NCBI GenBank assembly: GCA_944348085.1
Contig: CALVMU010000002.1
Span: 4,461-68,460, forward strand
Reading direction: 5' to 3'
Length of the DNA stretch: 64,000 nucleotides
From: an uncultured Clostridia bacterium
GTDB lineage: Bacteria > Bacillota > Clostridia > Christensenellales > UBA1242
The notes beneath the pieces are model-generated. The model saw only the letters and a list, made by a program, of their open reading frames with translations. It had not been told where the DNA came from and made no database searches. The translations under genes and the position numbers were made by a program. Positions 34,339 through 46,800 of this stretch are shown piece after piece (the stretch's first letter is position 1; each line of letters begins with the position of its first letter).

Positions 34339-34390
34339 TTGTATTTTCGCATTTTAATCTTGATTTTAACATGGTTATATGCTATAATTT

Positions 34391-35554
34391 TTGCGTATGA
34401 GTATGAAAGAAAAATTTGGAGAATTTGGCAAAAATGTCAAAAGTGACATCAAAAATATAGAGAAGATTATTTATATGCCTCTATATAGACCTTTTTCGTC
34501 TTTCGAACTGAAAAAATTGAAAAAACTAGAAAAGAAAAATAAAAAACCCAAAGAAATTAAACCAAAAGAATACAAACCACCAAAGAAAAAAGTAAAAGGA
34601 ATGGGCGTTTTAAAGTCATTTACAAAAGTGTTGTTAGTTTTCGCTGTTTACACAGCATGTGTTGAGTTTTATATCAATCAAGCAAACAAAGAGCAAACTG
34701 TAACTAACGATTTTGACACGGAAAACAGCATTAAAGATGAAAATGGAAACAACATTGAAACAGATGAAAATGGACAAATCAATCCCTTCCCAGTGACCGA
34801 TGAAGAAAAGCAAGCTGTTATTGAAAAAATCACAAATTCAATAGCTCAAGATGCACAAAATTATGGTGTCAAAGACAAAATTGTAAGCATTGATGCTGTC
34901 AGCGTTGTTCAAATAAACCAAGTTGCAACTTCTGGAACTTTTTCAAACTATCTCTACTCAATCAGATTTAGCACAACCTCAAATACCTATGATATGCAAT
35001 TTTGGGCAGACAACCTTTTTGCAATGTCTGAAGAAGAAAAGTCTGACATTGACAAGCTTAATGAATTTTATAACTTCATCCTTTCCCCTGACAACTGCGC
35101 CTTGTTTAACATTGCACCAATGAGTGAAAGTTCAATTCAAATCAAGAATGTTTTAAATGAGCGAGGAAATAATGTCGCTTTTGTTGGTGAAACCATTTGG
35201 GCAACGGCAAACTCTGGCGATATAATTTATAAAATCCCTGTTTACAATCAAGACGGCACAACTGTTGTATGGGCAAGCACAATTCAAAGCACTCCACAAA
35301 TTGATGCGCTTGGATTGACAGCTGAAGAAGCTCTTTTGAAACAATTTTCTGATGGAACGGAATATTTTTCACCCATAAACCAATCTCAGCAAAATGTTGC
35401 AGAAATTCAAGAAATTTTGACTGAATTTCAAACTGATCTTTCTAATGCAAAAATAATAAACAATAAAACAAATCAACAGGCTTCAGCCTTAACTCTTACA
35501 ACAGGCGATGGCAAAAATTATGTCGATATAAATGCGCATTTTTTGGAGGAATAA
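34391..35554 (+). CDS. Hypothetical single-pass membrane protein with Lys-rich cytoplasmic N-terminus
   Basis: KKLKKLEKKNKKPKEIKPKEYKPPKKKVKG is followed by a TM helix (VLLVFAVYTACVEFYI) and a ~290-aa extracytoplasmic domain. The true start may be ATG 34397 or 34403. Confidence 0.55.
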   Translation: MRMSMKEKFGEFGKNVKSDIKNIEKIIYMPLYRPFSSFELKKLKKLEKKNKKPKEIKPKEYKPPKKKVKGMGVLKSFTKVLLVFAVYTACVEFYINQANKEQTVTNDFDTENSIKDENGNNIETDENGQINPFPVTDEEKQAVIEKITNSIAQDAQNYGVKDKIVSIDAVSVVQINQVATSGTFSNYLYSIRFSTTSNTYDMQFWADNLFAMSEEEKSDIDKLNEFYNFILSPDNCALFNIAPMSESSIQIKNVLNERGNNVAFVGETIWATANSGDIIYKIPVYNQDGTTVVWASTIQSTPQIDALGLTAEEALLKQFSDGTEYFSPINQSQQNVAEIQEILTEFQTDLSNAKIINNKTNQQASALTLTTGDGKNYVDINAHFLEE

Positions 35555-35587
35555 AAAACTTCTCGTTAACTTAAGAGAAGTTTTTTT
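35553..35587. terminator. Bidirectional terminator between convergent genes
   Basis: A-run, CTTCTC-loop-GAGAAG, T-run. Confidence 0.6.
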
Positions 35588-35597
35588 GATATATTTT

Positions 35598-38500
35598 TTA
35601 GCTATCTTCATATTTTTTCGTCTTCTTTTTGTTTCTTACAAGATAAATTGAATAGCCAATCACGAACAAACCAAGCACGCCAAGACAAACATAAGAAACA
35701 ATATCAATCCAAGCATCATTGTCAGTCAAAAGCACAAACTCGCCAAGCTCGTCAATGCTTATTGTGATGACGCCGTTATTGTTTTGACTGTTGACAAGCA
35801 CATAATCTCCGTTTGCAGTTTTGTGATAAACATAAATATTGTTTCTGTCTGCAAAATCTGGGTCAACCTTAATTGTTAAGGTTATTGTGCTTTGAAGCGA
35901 AACCTCTTCACCATCGTTTTCAAGCCAAATTTCAAATCCTGAAATAACTTGATATTTGTTAAGTCCCATTTCTTCGCGCGCAATTGAGAAATTGTTGAAA
36001 TTGAGGCTTGTGCCTTGATAGAAAACTGCAGTGTCAAGCGCTTCAACAATCACAATTTCTTCTTCATCGCTGACTGAACGATAAGTTATTGAGCCTGTCA
36101 CATCTTCTGGCAAAATCAAATTGTAATTGTTTGCCTTATCACCCACTAAAATGATATCGTGGAAGGTTACTTTCCAGTTGTTTCCAACTTCAGTGCTTTC
36201 AAACCTAGCACAATTGTTTCGATCATAAGAAAGAGTTACATTTTTATCGACAAGACCTGAAACAACTGGCGTTTTGATGACTGCGGTGTCTGTTCCGTCA
36301 TAAATTTTGTCATAAACAGAAGCGAGCATATACACATCTTTTCGTTCAATCAGAAGATATGCCTCTTCAATTGTGATTGAATAGTTGATGTTTGAAAGGT
36401 TTGACAGAATTTTATAAACTCCAGCGTCTTCACCACTTTCACGAGTGATTGAGCCATAAAGAATGTCATTGTTGATAAGTTCTCCTTCAACAATTTTATA
36501 GCTAAACACTGGATCCATTTGTCCGTAAGTTTTTGTGTAATTTTCAGTTTCAATAACAAGCTCTATAGGTTTGATTGTAAAAGTGCCACGCGTGAAGACG
36601 ATTGTATAGTTTCTGCCAAGCGTCAAACTGCTTCTGATGTCATAGTTGCCAGCATTTTCGCCTGAAACTCGATAGATTTCTCCAGTCAAAGAGTCACCTT
36701 CCAAAATTTCTCCGCTGACAATAGAATAAGAAAGTTCAGGGTCTTCTTCGCCATAAGTTTTGCTTGCATCCTCCGCCCTTATTTCGATCACCCTTGGCAT
36801 AACTTCAAAATAATAAGTGGCAAAAATGATTTGATAGTTTTCATTGCTCAGCGTGCTATAAATGCGATAAGAGCCAACATCTTCATAAAGATAAGGATCG
36901 TTGTCTGTGGTTGGCTTTTCGCGATATATCTCACCATCAAGTTTATCACCTTCAACGAGAGAGCCCACAACAAGATAACTCAGCTCTGGCTCTTCTTCAC
37001 CATAATATTTTGACAAAACTTGTGGAACAATTTCAATCACGCGTTTTTCGATTGTAAAGGTGTTTGAAACAAAAGTAAGCCTATAGTTGTCGTTTATTGC
37101 AAGAGTGCCTTGCAAAATTTGATATTGCCCAAGCTCCTCGCCTTCTTCACGAGTGAGCGAGCCGACAAAGGAATCGTTGAATTTAAGCTCGCCTGAAGTG
37201 ATTGTAAATGCAAATGCAGGGTCAGCATTTCCATATTGTTTTGAAGAAGTGTTGGCTGTCACTTCAATATCTTGAATGGCGATCTCTAAAGTGCCTGGAA
37301 TAAATGTGACGATATAGTTTGAGCCAAGGCTATAAGAGCCTTGTGTGATTTGATAACTTCCAACATTTTCGCCACTTTCACGAGTCATCTCCCCTTCGAT
37401 AATGTTTGATAAAACATCGTTGTTTTTGAGAAGCCCTTCAGTTATAACAGCGTCAAAATATGGGTCTTCATCACCGTAAATTTTAACTTTTGACTCTGCT
37501 CTGAGTGTTATTTTGCTTGGCGTGATGTTAAGCACACCTGGAACGAAAGTGATTTCATATCTTGGGTCGTTTGAAGATTCAAGCACCATTTCATATTCGC
37601 CAACATTTTCACCATATTGTCTTCTGATCGAAATGTTGACTGGCTCGCCTTCCACCGTGTTGGTTGCCGAATAGGTAAAGTTTGGATCTTCATCGCCATA
37701 CACTTTTGTGGCATCATCTGCAATGACTGTGACAGGTCTTTTTGAGATGATAAAGTTTGGATTTGCAAAAGTGATGGCATAGTTTTCATTTCCGCCTTCA
37801 ACCGAGAAGGAATAAATCCCCACATTTTCACCGCTTTGCCTTACAATTTGGTCTAGCAAATCTTCCTTTGTATCTTCAAATTGAAGAGCTGAGTTGTCAG
37901 TCAAAGTGAATGTAAAGAGAGGATCCTCATCACCATAAATTTTTGAAACTGCGTCAACTGAAATTTCTATTGTTCGTGGCAATATTGTGAAAAGTGTTCC
38001 ACTTGCCAAAGTGATGTTATAGTTTGGATTGTTTTCGTTGTTTAAATCGTCAAGATAATATGTATATGTTCCTGCAATTTCTCCTACATTTCGTTTTGGA
38101 GAGCCAATCAGCACTTCGCCGTCAACAAGCCCATTTGTTATGTATGTTATAGCTGGGTCTTCGTCACCATACGCTTTGCTTAATGGGTCAACTGTGACCG
38201 TTAAAGGTCTTCTTGAAATGGTGATTGACATGTTGTTGTAGGAATAACTAAAATTGTAATTGTCAAGCCCTTCGCCATCGACTGAAAAATTTGACACTTC
38301 AATGTCAGTCTGACCTGCAGAGCTTGATTTTGCATGCGCTTCAATATTCAGCAAAAATTGACCTTCAAACAGTGCATTTGAAAAGACCACATTGTGAGAA
38401 ACCGCGTTTGTGCCGTCATAAACTTTGTCAGCAAAGGAAATTTGCACTGAAATATTTCTCTTAACAATTGAAAAAGTGCCTTGCTGGAAAATAATGTTGT

Positions 38501-40799
38501 AATTTATATTGTTAAGTGTTCCTTGCAAAATTTGATATGAACCAATTTCTTCACCTGTCTCACGCGACAAACTTCCGTTTAAAGAGTCGCCTTCAACCAA
38601 GCCCTCTGTTTGATAAGTGAGAGAAGGGTCTCGGTCGCCATATTCCTTTTCTTGCTCGTCTGCAAACACAAACAACTCTTTTGGAGTGATTTCACATCTA
38701 CCGCTTACAAAAGTGATTGAATAGTTTGGATTGTTTAGTGAGCCAAGCGAGATAGTATAAGTTCCTACATCTTTTCCATCAATTTCAAGAGAACCACTTA
38801 ATTTGTCGCCTGGCAAAAGTGGCTCGCTTAAAGAATAGGTAAGGTTTAGCTGGCTTCCATAAACAATGCTGACATTGTTTGCTGTCACTGTGATAGGTCT
38901 TGGCGTAATTCTGCCCTGCAAAGTTTTTTCATATTCTGGCAAAACATAGTTGTCTTTGTCATTTCCTTGCAAAGTGATTGACTCAATTGTGACTGTTTTT
39001 GCCGAACCTGCATTTGCATCATCATAACTTGCCTGAATCGCTACCGAAACATCTTCGTTGTTATATATGTTTGTCAGCAAGGCAACAATTGTTGCATCTG
39101 CGGTTTGGTCATAAACCTTGTCTTCCACATAAAATTGCGAAAAGGCAAGCTGACGAGCTGTGATTGTAAAATTAAAGTCGCCGTCTGCTAATGTGATTGT
39201 ATAGTTTGAGTTTGCAAGAGTGCCAAGATTGATTGCATAAAGCCCAACCTCTTCACCCTGTTCTCTTGCAAGAGAACCTGTCAAACTGTCACCTGCAATA
39301 AGTCCACTTGCCGAGTAAGTCAGTCTTGGGTCGCTGTCACCATACTGCTTTGAAAGCTGGTTTGGAGTGATGACAACATCTCTTGGCAATATGTCAGCAT
39401 AGCTTTGAGGAACAAGCTGGCTTGTAAGCCTGTAGAACTCGACATCTCTTCCAGCAAGCACAATTTGTTCCATATTGTCAACGGCAATTGCTCTGTTTGT
39501 TCCAGCAGAAGCCACTGAAAAATAGATGTCGGCACCTGTAAAGTAAACTTCATGCCCTTCTTCCACGCCGTCAAAATTGTAGATTATGTCTTCTTGATTT
39601 ATATCGGTCGTTCCATCATATACTTTATTGTTTACACCAATTGAAAGAATGCTGATTTCTTTTATAAACTTGGCATAAATGTCGTCGCCTGCAGTGACAA
39701 CATAACTGAAATTTGCGCTTTGCGATTTAAGCTCGCCATTGACAAACCAACCTTCAAAGACAAAGTTTTCTTGTGCGATATATCTCAAGAAAATTCGTCG
39801 CCCTTCAGTGAAAACGCCTTCACCAATAATAGTTGGCGGATTTTCAAAGTCAGTGCGAACTTTGACTTCAACTTGGCTGTCACTTACAGTAAAGGTCACA
39901 CTTTGACTTTCAATATAGTTGTTGCTGAATGAATTTGCTCTCGTTTTTGCTTTTATCACAATTTGAGTGCCGTCTGGAGCATCAGAATTTATATAAAGAT
40001 AGTTGCCGATAACCTCTGCATAGGAAGCGCCAGAAGTGATTTCATAAACAATTGCGTGATTGACCTTTGAATAATTTAGGAAATTTCCACTGACATTGTT
40101 GGTTTGCAAAATTGCGTTTGTTGCATTGAGTTTTACAGAATTTCCAGCAGAAACCAAACTGTCTGTGTTTGAGAACTCAATCTCGCTGATTTGAGTGTAA
40201 AGTTTTATAGTCGGCTCGTATAAAACAAAGTCACTATAAGAACCAATTGAAGTGGCTGAAAGGGTTGCAAAATCAAACCTGATTTCATTTGAAGTTGAAT
40301 TAAGCTTTATAAGTTCAGTTTTGTATTCTGTAAGTTCATCATCACTGTTTGTTGTCACCGACACAGAACTACCGCCTTGCGAAAGTGTCACTTTCAAGTT
40401 TGAAGAAGAGTTATCGTTGCCTGCTTTAAAGCTGAAAGTTGCGCGTGCATAAACCACACCTTTTTCGATAAGAGCATTGATATCGTTTGTTGTTCTCACA
40501 ACAGCATAGCCAGAGCTTGTCTTGTTTGCTGAAAGTCCAGTATTTGAAACAATAGAATAATATGACCCGCCCTCATCTGAAATTTTGCTTCCAACAAGTG
40601 TGGAATTGTTGCCGTTATCTTTGAAATAATGTCCAAGCGAATTGCCAATGCTTGCTGTCAAAACATAGGTGTTTCCTGAAACCGCTTCAATTGTTGCATC
40701 TGATGCTGGAGTCAATGCAAAAATGCCGGCGAAAAAGAATATGCTGACAAGCATAAGCAAAATTGTCAAAGATTTAAGTGAAAAATGCTTAATTTTCAT
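35598..40799 (-). CDS. Giant surface protein (1733 aa) with ~15 MBG (YGX-type) repeats, N-terminal signal peptide and C-terminal TM anchor
   Basis: Recurrent ~80-aa unit K.YG[DE].DP.[LF][TS]Y...GL..GD.L.G.L.R..GE.VG.Y.I..G.L....NY.I.F..G.F.I. The C-terminus is a TM helix plus a basic tail (VCLGVLGLFVIGYSIYLVRNKKKTKK). RBS AAGGAG. Confidence 0.85.
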   Translation of the reverse strand: MKIKHFSLKSLTILLMLVSIFFFAGIFALTPASDATIEAVSGNTYVLTASIGNSLGHYFKDNGNNSTLVGSKISDEGGSYYSIVSNTGLSANKTSSGYAVVRTTNDINALIEKGVVYARATFSFKAGNDNSSSNLKVTLSQGGSSVSVTTNSDDELTEYKTELIKLNSTSNEIRFDFATLSATSIGSYSDFVLYEPTIKLYTQISEIEFSNTDSLVSAGNSVKLNATNAILQTNNVSGNFLNYSKVNHAIVYEITSGASYAEVIGNYLYINSDAPDGTQIVIKAKTRANSFSNNYIESQSVTFTVSDSQVEVKVRTDFENPPTIIGEGVFTEGRRIFLRYIAQENFVFEGWFVNGELKSQSANFSYVVTAGDDIYAKFIKEISILSIGVNNKVYDGTTDINQEDIIYNFDGVEEGHEVYFTGADIYFSVASAGTNRAIAVDNMEQIVLAGRDVEFYRLTSQLVPQSYADILPRDVVITPNQLSKQYGDSDPRLTYSASGLIAGDSLTGSLAREQGEEVGLYAINLGTLANSNYTITLADGDFNFTITARQLAFSQFYVEDKVYDQTADATIVALLTNIYNNEDVSVAIQASYDDANAGSAKTVTIESITLQGNDKDNYVLPEYEKTLQGRITPRPITVTANNVSIVYGSQLNLTYSLSEPLLPGDKLSGSLEIDGKDVGTYTISLGSLNNPNYSITFVSGRCEITPKELFVFADEQEKEYGDRDPSLTYQTEGLVEGDSLNGSLSRETGEEIGSYQILQGTLNNINYNIIFQQGTFSIVKRNISVQISFADKVYDGTNAVSHNVVFSNALFEGQFLLNIEAHAKSSSAGQTDIEVSNFSVDGEGLDNYNFSYSYNNMSITISRRPLTVTVDPLSKAYGDEDPAITYITNGLVDGEVLIGSPKRNVGEIAGTYTYYLDDLNNENNPNYNITLASGTLFTILPRTIEISVDAVSKIYGDEDPLFTFTLTDNSALQFEDTKEDLLDQIVRQSGENVGIYSFSVEGGNENYAITFANPNFIISKRPVTVIADDATKVYGDEDPNFTYSATNTVEGEPVNISIRRQYGENVGEYEMVLESSNDPRYEITFVPGVLNITPSKITLRAESKVKIYGDEDPYFDAVITEGLLKNNDVLSNIIEGEMTRESGENVGSYQITQGSYSLGSNYIVTFIPGTLEIAIQDIEVTANTSSKQYGNADPAFAFTITSGELKFNDSFVGSLTREEGEELGQYQILQGTLAINDNYRLTFVSNTFTIEKRVIEIVPQVLSKYYGEEEPELSYLVVGSLVEGDKLDGEIYREKPTTDNDPYLYEDVGSYRIYSTLSNENYQIIFATYYFEVMPRVIEIRAEDASKTYGEEDPELSYSIVSGEILEGDSLTGEIYRVSGENAGNYDIRSSLTLGRNYTIVFTRGTFTIKPIELVIETENYTKTYGQMDPVFSYKIVEGELINNDILYGSITRESGEDAGVYKILSNLSNINYSITIEEAYLLIERKDVYMLASVYDKIYDGTDTAVIKTPVVSGLVDKNVTLSYDRNNCARFESTEVGNNWKVTFHDIILVGDKANNYNLILPEDVTGSITYRSVSDEEEIVIVEALDTAVFYQGTSLNFNNFSIAREEMGLNKYQVISGFEIWLENDGEEVSLQSTITLTIKVDPDFADRNNIYVYHKTANGDYVLVNSQNNNGVITISIDELGEFVLLTDNDAWIDIVSYVCLGVLGLFVIGYSIYLVRNKKKTKKYEDS

Positions 40800-40822
40800 A
40801 TTCTTTTTCTCCTTTTATAAAT

Positions 40823-43800
40823 TTAAAACCCAAAAAAGTCATCTCTTCGAGGTTGTATGATTTCAGCCATGATAACTTGGTCTCCTTCATAAGTAGTGCC
40901 TGGTTTGATATATGGATTGCTGCCATAGAAGGTAAGAATTGAAAAATCATAATCCGCTGTTATTGTCAATTCAGATAAACGTCCTGTGATATTTGCATTA
41001 ACATAGCCGAATTTTGTGTTCATTTGACTGCTATCAATAATGCCATTGCTTTGGAAAGTAAACAAACCTGAAACATTGGCATAAATATCCAGAATTCCAA
41101 ACATGTAATAATCTTTGCCGTTGTATGTATACTTGTAATCTGGATATCCTTCAATAATCCTCTGTTTGATTTTGTTGATAATACTTTGTCCGACTTGAGC
41201 AAGCCCATAGTCAGCAAAGAAATCAAGAATTGTTCCACCTTGAAACTCATCCAGCGTCAACCAGTTGTAGATGTAAAGATTGCCTTTTATTATCAGCCTG
41301 CTTTCATAGCCAACAAGTGTTGATGAGGTGTCAGGTGCAAACTGAATGCAAGCAAAAAGTGAGCGAGCAAAGATGCAATCTTCAACCGTCACAACTGACG
41401 CAGTAGAATCATCTTCTATTCTTGATATAACAAGACCACCAGAATAAGAATTTCTGATCGTGCAACCTTTGAAAGTCGCCTCAGCACTTTTGACTTCAGC
41501 CAAAATAAAGGCATTTTCAATAGTTGTGTTGTAAATCAAAACATTTTTTGCATGATTTGTTATGTAAAGAATTTTTCCTGTTCCTTCAAGCTCTGAAAGA
41601 GCTGCTTCTCCACTGAAAGATGTGCCACGAAGAGTCACATTGTCAATCACAATATTGCTCTTTTCAATCCACATTTTATTGTAGCCGCTATAGTTTGAAA
41701 AATCAATCATATAGCCATTTCCATAAATGTTGAAGCCAATAAGATTTGAATCATGAGTGCTTGGAACGGTGATGTTGCTTTGAAGAACAAGCGCGGTATA
41801 ATTATCCGTTCTGTCTTTATTTATCGATGACAACAAGTTTACAACCGAAGTATAGTCGCTTGAATTATAAACATTGATTCCGTCTACAACATAGAAAGTG
41901 TAAGAATCAGAAACTACATTTGCACCAACAAATGGAGCAATTTGCCTTGCTGTGATTGTCACAACACCTGTTCCTTTAAAAGTCACGACTCCATTTTGAT
42001 TGACTGTTGCCACGCTGTCATTGCTTGAAGTCCATTCAATAAGATCTGCATAGTCTCCGCTTGGAGTTGTAGTGTAAACCATGTTGATATATTGAGTATA
42101 ATTTCCATTTATATAGAATTTGTTTCCAAAAACTCTATAATCTGCAAAACCATTGGCATCATTTTCATTATCAAGTTCAAAGCTGATGTCTCCCAATTTC
42201 GTATAGAAAGAAAGTGTTATACTGTCTGAAAAATCAGTTCCGTCAACAGAAATTGTGACTGTCACCTGACCTGCCGCTATTCCTATAATCTTATAATAAT
42301 CTTTTTCTTTTATGCAAGTCGCAACTGAATCATTGTCCAATTTAACGCTTAAAGTATAGCCTTCTGCGTCAAGTGGCAAAATGTTGAGATAGAGATTGAT
42401 GCTATATCCAACATATTGTTCCGTTCTTGATGGAGTTTTAATCGAAAATTCTTTTATTTCTTTTGTATATTCAATTGTGATTTCTTTGTAAATCGAAGGA
42501 TTTGACTTGAGTGAAACTGTGATGACAACTGTGCCAAATCCAGAAAATTCGACTGCGCCATATTGATCAACTGTGGCAAGAGAAGGATTGTTTGATTTGT
42601 ATTCAAGTTCTTTGTCGGTAGCATCTGTTGGAAGAACAGTTGCTGAAATTTGATAGCCTGGGCTGGAAACATAAACTGTTTCTCTTTCAACTGAAACCTC
42701 TTCTGCATCTCTTGTCACATTGACAGTAAATGAGCCAAGGCTTATGTTGTTTGCCATCAATGTGAAGGTTGCTGAGCCACCATTTAACGCCTTAAGAATG
42801 CCATTTTCAAAAGAAATGACCGCTTTTGAAGTGTCAACTCGCTCTTCAACGATGTTTGAAATGGTGATTTTTACATTTTGGTTGTCTTTTGGCACTTGAT
42901 TTGAAAGCACAAGCTCTTTTTCACTGCCTGCCAAGAAGTTTAAAACCCTGTTTTCAAATCCGTCAAGGTTAAGTGATGCCTCCAGCAGAGTGTCGCCAGC
43001 ATAATAGAATATGTATGAAACCGATTTCTCACCATTTGTTCTGTCTGCGCTTGTGAATGTGATAGTCACAATGCCAATTTGATGGAATGTGATCACACCA
43101 TCTTCAACGGTTGCACGATTTGGGTCTGAAATGGTGTAAGTAAAATCTCTGATTGTTGCATCAAGCGGATAGACAATCTCGTTAAACGAGAGTTGATTTT
43201 TGCTTGTTACATAATAATTTTGATAAAATTCAAGTTCGTCAGTAAATTCAATATCAATGCTTTCAACTGGGCTGTTTACAGTTATTGTGCAGTCTTGATA
43301 TACAAGCTCGCCAGCCGAATTTTGGCTGTAGGCCCTGACAACTGCTGTCCCGCCATAAAGCCCTTCAATAAGATAGCTGTTTCCGCTCTGAATGAGAGAA
43401 ATAACATTTTGCCCGCTTCCATCTGAGGCTGTTTGAGAAAGAATGGTAAAGGTCACATCTTTGTGCGTTGCATCAAGTGGAAGATAGCCTGTCATATAAA
43501 GTGAGAAGGCTGCACCTTTGTTTATGCTTCGCTCGGTTGAGCTTAAACTGATGCTGTAAAGATAGCCCATGGTGCTTGTCACCGAAACTTCCTCGCTTAT
43601 GTTGCTGCCATCAGTTGTCGAAACCACAACTGTCACTGTTCCAGCGCAAGTAAACACAATTTCGTTGCCACTGAGCTTTGCCCAGTCAACATCTTCTTTT
43701 AAGCTGTAAGCAAGCGTTTTGTTTGTCGCTGTGCTTGGAAGAACTGTAGCATTTATGCTTGCTCTGTCTGAAGCTGTGATAATATTGTCATTTGCAATTG

Positions 43801-46800
43801 AAATTGAAGAAGCTTTTTTGATAACATTTATCAATATATTTTTTGTGATTCCATTTGAAAGCTCAACAACAATTTGGCTATAGCCACCATTTAAAGCAGT
43901 GATCGTATAACTTGAATTGTCAATGCTTACAACATTTACGCCTGAGGTATGGCTAAGCTCGCCTATAAGAATAAGTTTGTTTACTGTATCGCTTGGAATC
44001 CAAGAGGTAACCTCAATCTTTATGCTTTCACCAACATTGAGAGAAATTTCTTCGTCAACATTGATGTTTGCGCTTAGTGCATCGCCACCAGTATAGCGCA
44101 AGTTGAAAGTTCTGCTGCTGTTGCCGTCTGCAGACGAAACTTTAAGAGAAAGTGTGCCTGATTTTGTCCAATAGAGCGTGCCGCTGTTTATATAGGCAAT
44201 GCTCTCTGCCTCACCATTTGAGTTGTAGGATCTTACAATTTCATAGACAAGTGAGGTGTTTGTTGCAGTCTCTGGAAGTGCCAAAAAGTCAAGCAAGATT
44301 GTGTCTTTTGCTGTGGTGAGATAGCCGTTGTATTCTTCAATCGAGCCGTTGTAGACAATGTTTTCAACAAGCTCTTTAACTGTGATGTCAATTTCATAAC
44401 TTGCCACAACCATAGAATCCTCACCATACAAATTGAGAACAACCTTTGTTTGTCCACTTGCAAGAGCTGTTATCGTTCCATTTAAAATGTCAAGAATACC
44501 GTCCGAAGCCTCTTCAGAAAGCACAATGTCGTAAGAGCTGTAAGCAATGCCAAGGCTATTTAGGTCAAAACGAACTTTATCACCAACCATCATTTCGAAG
44601 CTTTTTTCTGTTGGGTCAACAACGCTCACTCCTCTTTCAATCTTTTCAATGGTAAATGAGAAAGTTATGTCACTGTTTTCTTCACTTCGAGCAATTATCT
44701 CTGCGACTCCGTCAGTGATGAAGTAGAGAACTCCGTCTTGAATGTATGCAATCTCTGGCGTTAAAACTTCAAATATAACATTTTTGTTTGTCGCATCGAT
44801 TGGAAGAACTGTTGTTTCAAGCTGCACTGAAGAATTTGTTGTTTGAATAAATGCAGGGCTGACTGAAATGCTTTCAACATCTTGTGTCACCGTGATTTGA
44901 TATGTCAAAACAACTGTTGTTGAAACATAAATGGTCAGTGTTGCCTCACCACCTGCAACCGCTGTCACTGTTGTGCCAGAAACATCTAACACTCTGCCTA
45001 GATGGCTTGCAGTTGATTGGTTTGAAACTGACAAGGTTATATTTTTGTTAAGCGTGTTGGTTGGGAAGATGCTTTTTAATGCAACGGTGAAACTTTCGCC
45101 AACTGCAATCTGCTCTGGAATGTCTTTGATTGACTCGCCGTCAAGAGCGCCGATTTCAGCTGAAATTGGATAAGAACCTGTATATCTTATCTGCACTTGC
45201 TGACTGTGGCCTGAGGTTGTTGTGCCTATAAGTGTGACCGTTCCAGTTTGGTTAAACCTCAGCGATTGACCCAAAATAACAGCCATGCTTTTGTCGTCAA
45301 CCGACCAAGAAACACTCTTGTTTGTTGCGTCAAGTGGCAAAACTTGATAGTCAAATGAAACAGTGTTTTCTGCAGTCACATAAGCTCCATCTTGCATGTC
45401 AAGGTCAACTGAAATTGTGATTTCTTCTGCCTCTCTTAAAACTTCAACATCAATTGTGTGAACTTGTCTTTCTCCGCCAAGAAGAGTGAGCGCAACTTCA
45501 ATTTGCGCTTTTCCGCCACCAATTCCGCGAATTGTTCCGTCAGAGAGAATTTCAATCACATCTCCACTGCCAGAGTTGTTTGTCTGCGACAATACGCTTA
45601 CTTGAATTTCTCTTGTGCTTGCATTGGTTGGGAAAATTTCATATTCAATCGAAGCAGTTTCGCCATAGTCAATTGTGATGCTGTCTTGAACAGGCGCAAA
45701 ACTCTTCGCTTTTCCTGCCGTGTATTCAATTGAAATTGTTGTTGAAATGTCGCTGTAGTCGCTGTTTGCAAAGATTGTGATTTCAACGGTTGTTGGGTTG
45801 TCTGTAAGGAACGTTACAAGTCCACTTTGGTCAACTGAAGCCAAAGATGAATTTGAATGATAGAAAAATCTGTTGTTGGTTGAGTTGCTTGGGAAAGAAG
45901 TTGGAGAAAGTTGAACTGATTTTTCTGCAGTCACAATGTCATTTATCAAAATTCCAGTTGCTGGGCTTTCAACATAAACGACAATGGTCTGTGTGATAAA
46001 GTCATTTTCTGCTCTCTCAACTTTTGCAGTGATTGTTGCATTTCCGCCACCAACAAAATAGAGATATCCGTTGCTGACATAAGCCACTTCGCTGTTGGAA
46101 GAAGAGAACGTCACTTCGGTTTTAGTCAAATAGCTTGGTGTTGTAGTGTATTCAATCACCTGTGCAGCGTCGCCAATTTTTGCATTGATTGAATAGCGCT
46201 CAAGACTCAAACTTTGAGCATAACCTGCAGTATAGACGATGGTCATCGTTTTGCTATAGCCGCCGTCAACTGTGGTTAAGGTCACATTGACCTGCCCAGC
46301 TTTTAAGAAAGTCACCTGTCCCAAACTGTTGACTGAAGCAACGGTTGGGTCATCCACTGTGAAAGTGACATTTGTGTTGGTTGCATTTGATGGATAGATT
46401 TGATAGCCTATTGAATAGGTCTCTTCTGCCGTAATTGCATAGTCAGTGCTTAAGATAATATCGCTGACTGGGTTTATAACTGCCAAGTTGACAAAATCTG
46501 TATAACCCCCGTCATCTGAAATTGCAGTAATTGTCACATAGCCCACTTTCAAGCCTGTCACAAGACCATTTTGGTCAACTTTGGCGATTTTGTCATCAGA
46601 AGAAACAAAGGTCACATTTTTGTTTTCAGCCTCGTTTGGCAAAACTTGAACTGAAAGCTGAACCTCAGTGCCTACATGAATTTCAGACTTCGGTGTGGAT
46701 AGCACCACTTGGTGAACAACAGTGTCTGTAACATAGAAATAGCAACTTGCCATTTTGTTTCCGTCAGCAGTTGTAGCTGTGATATAGCCATTGCCAAAAC

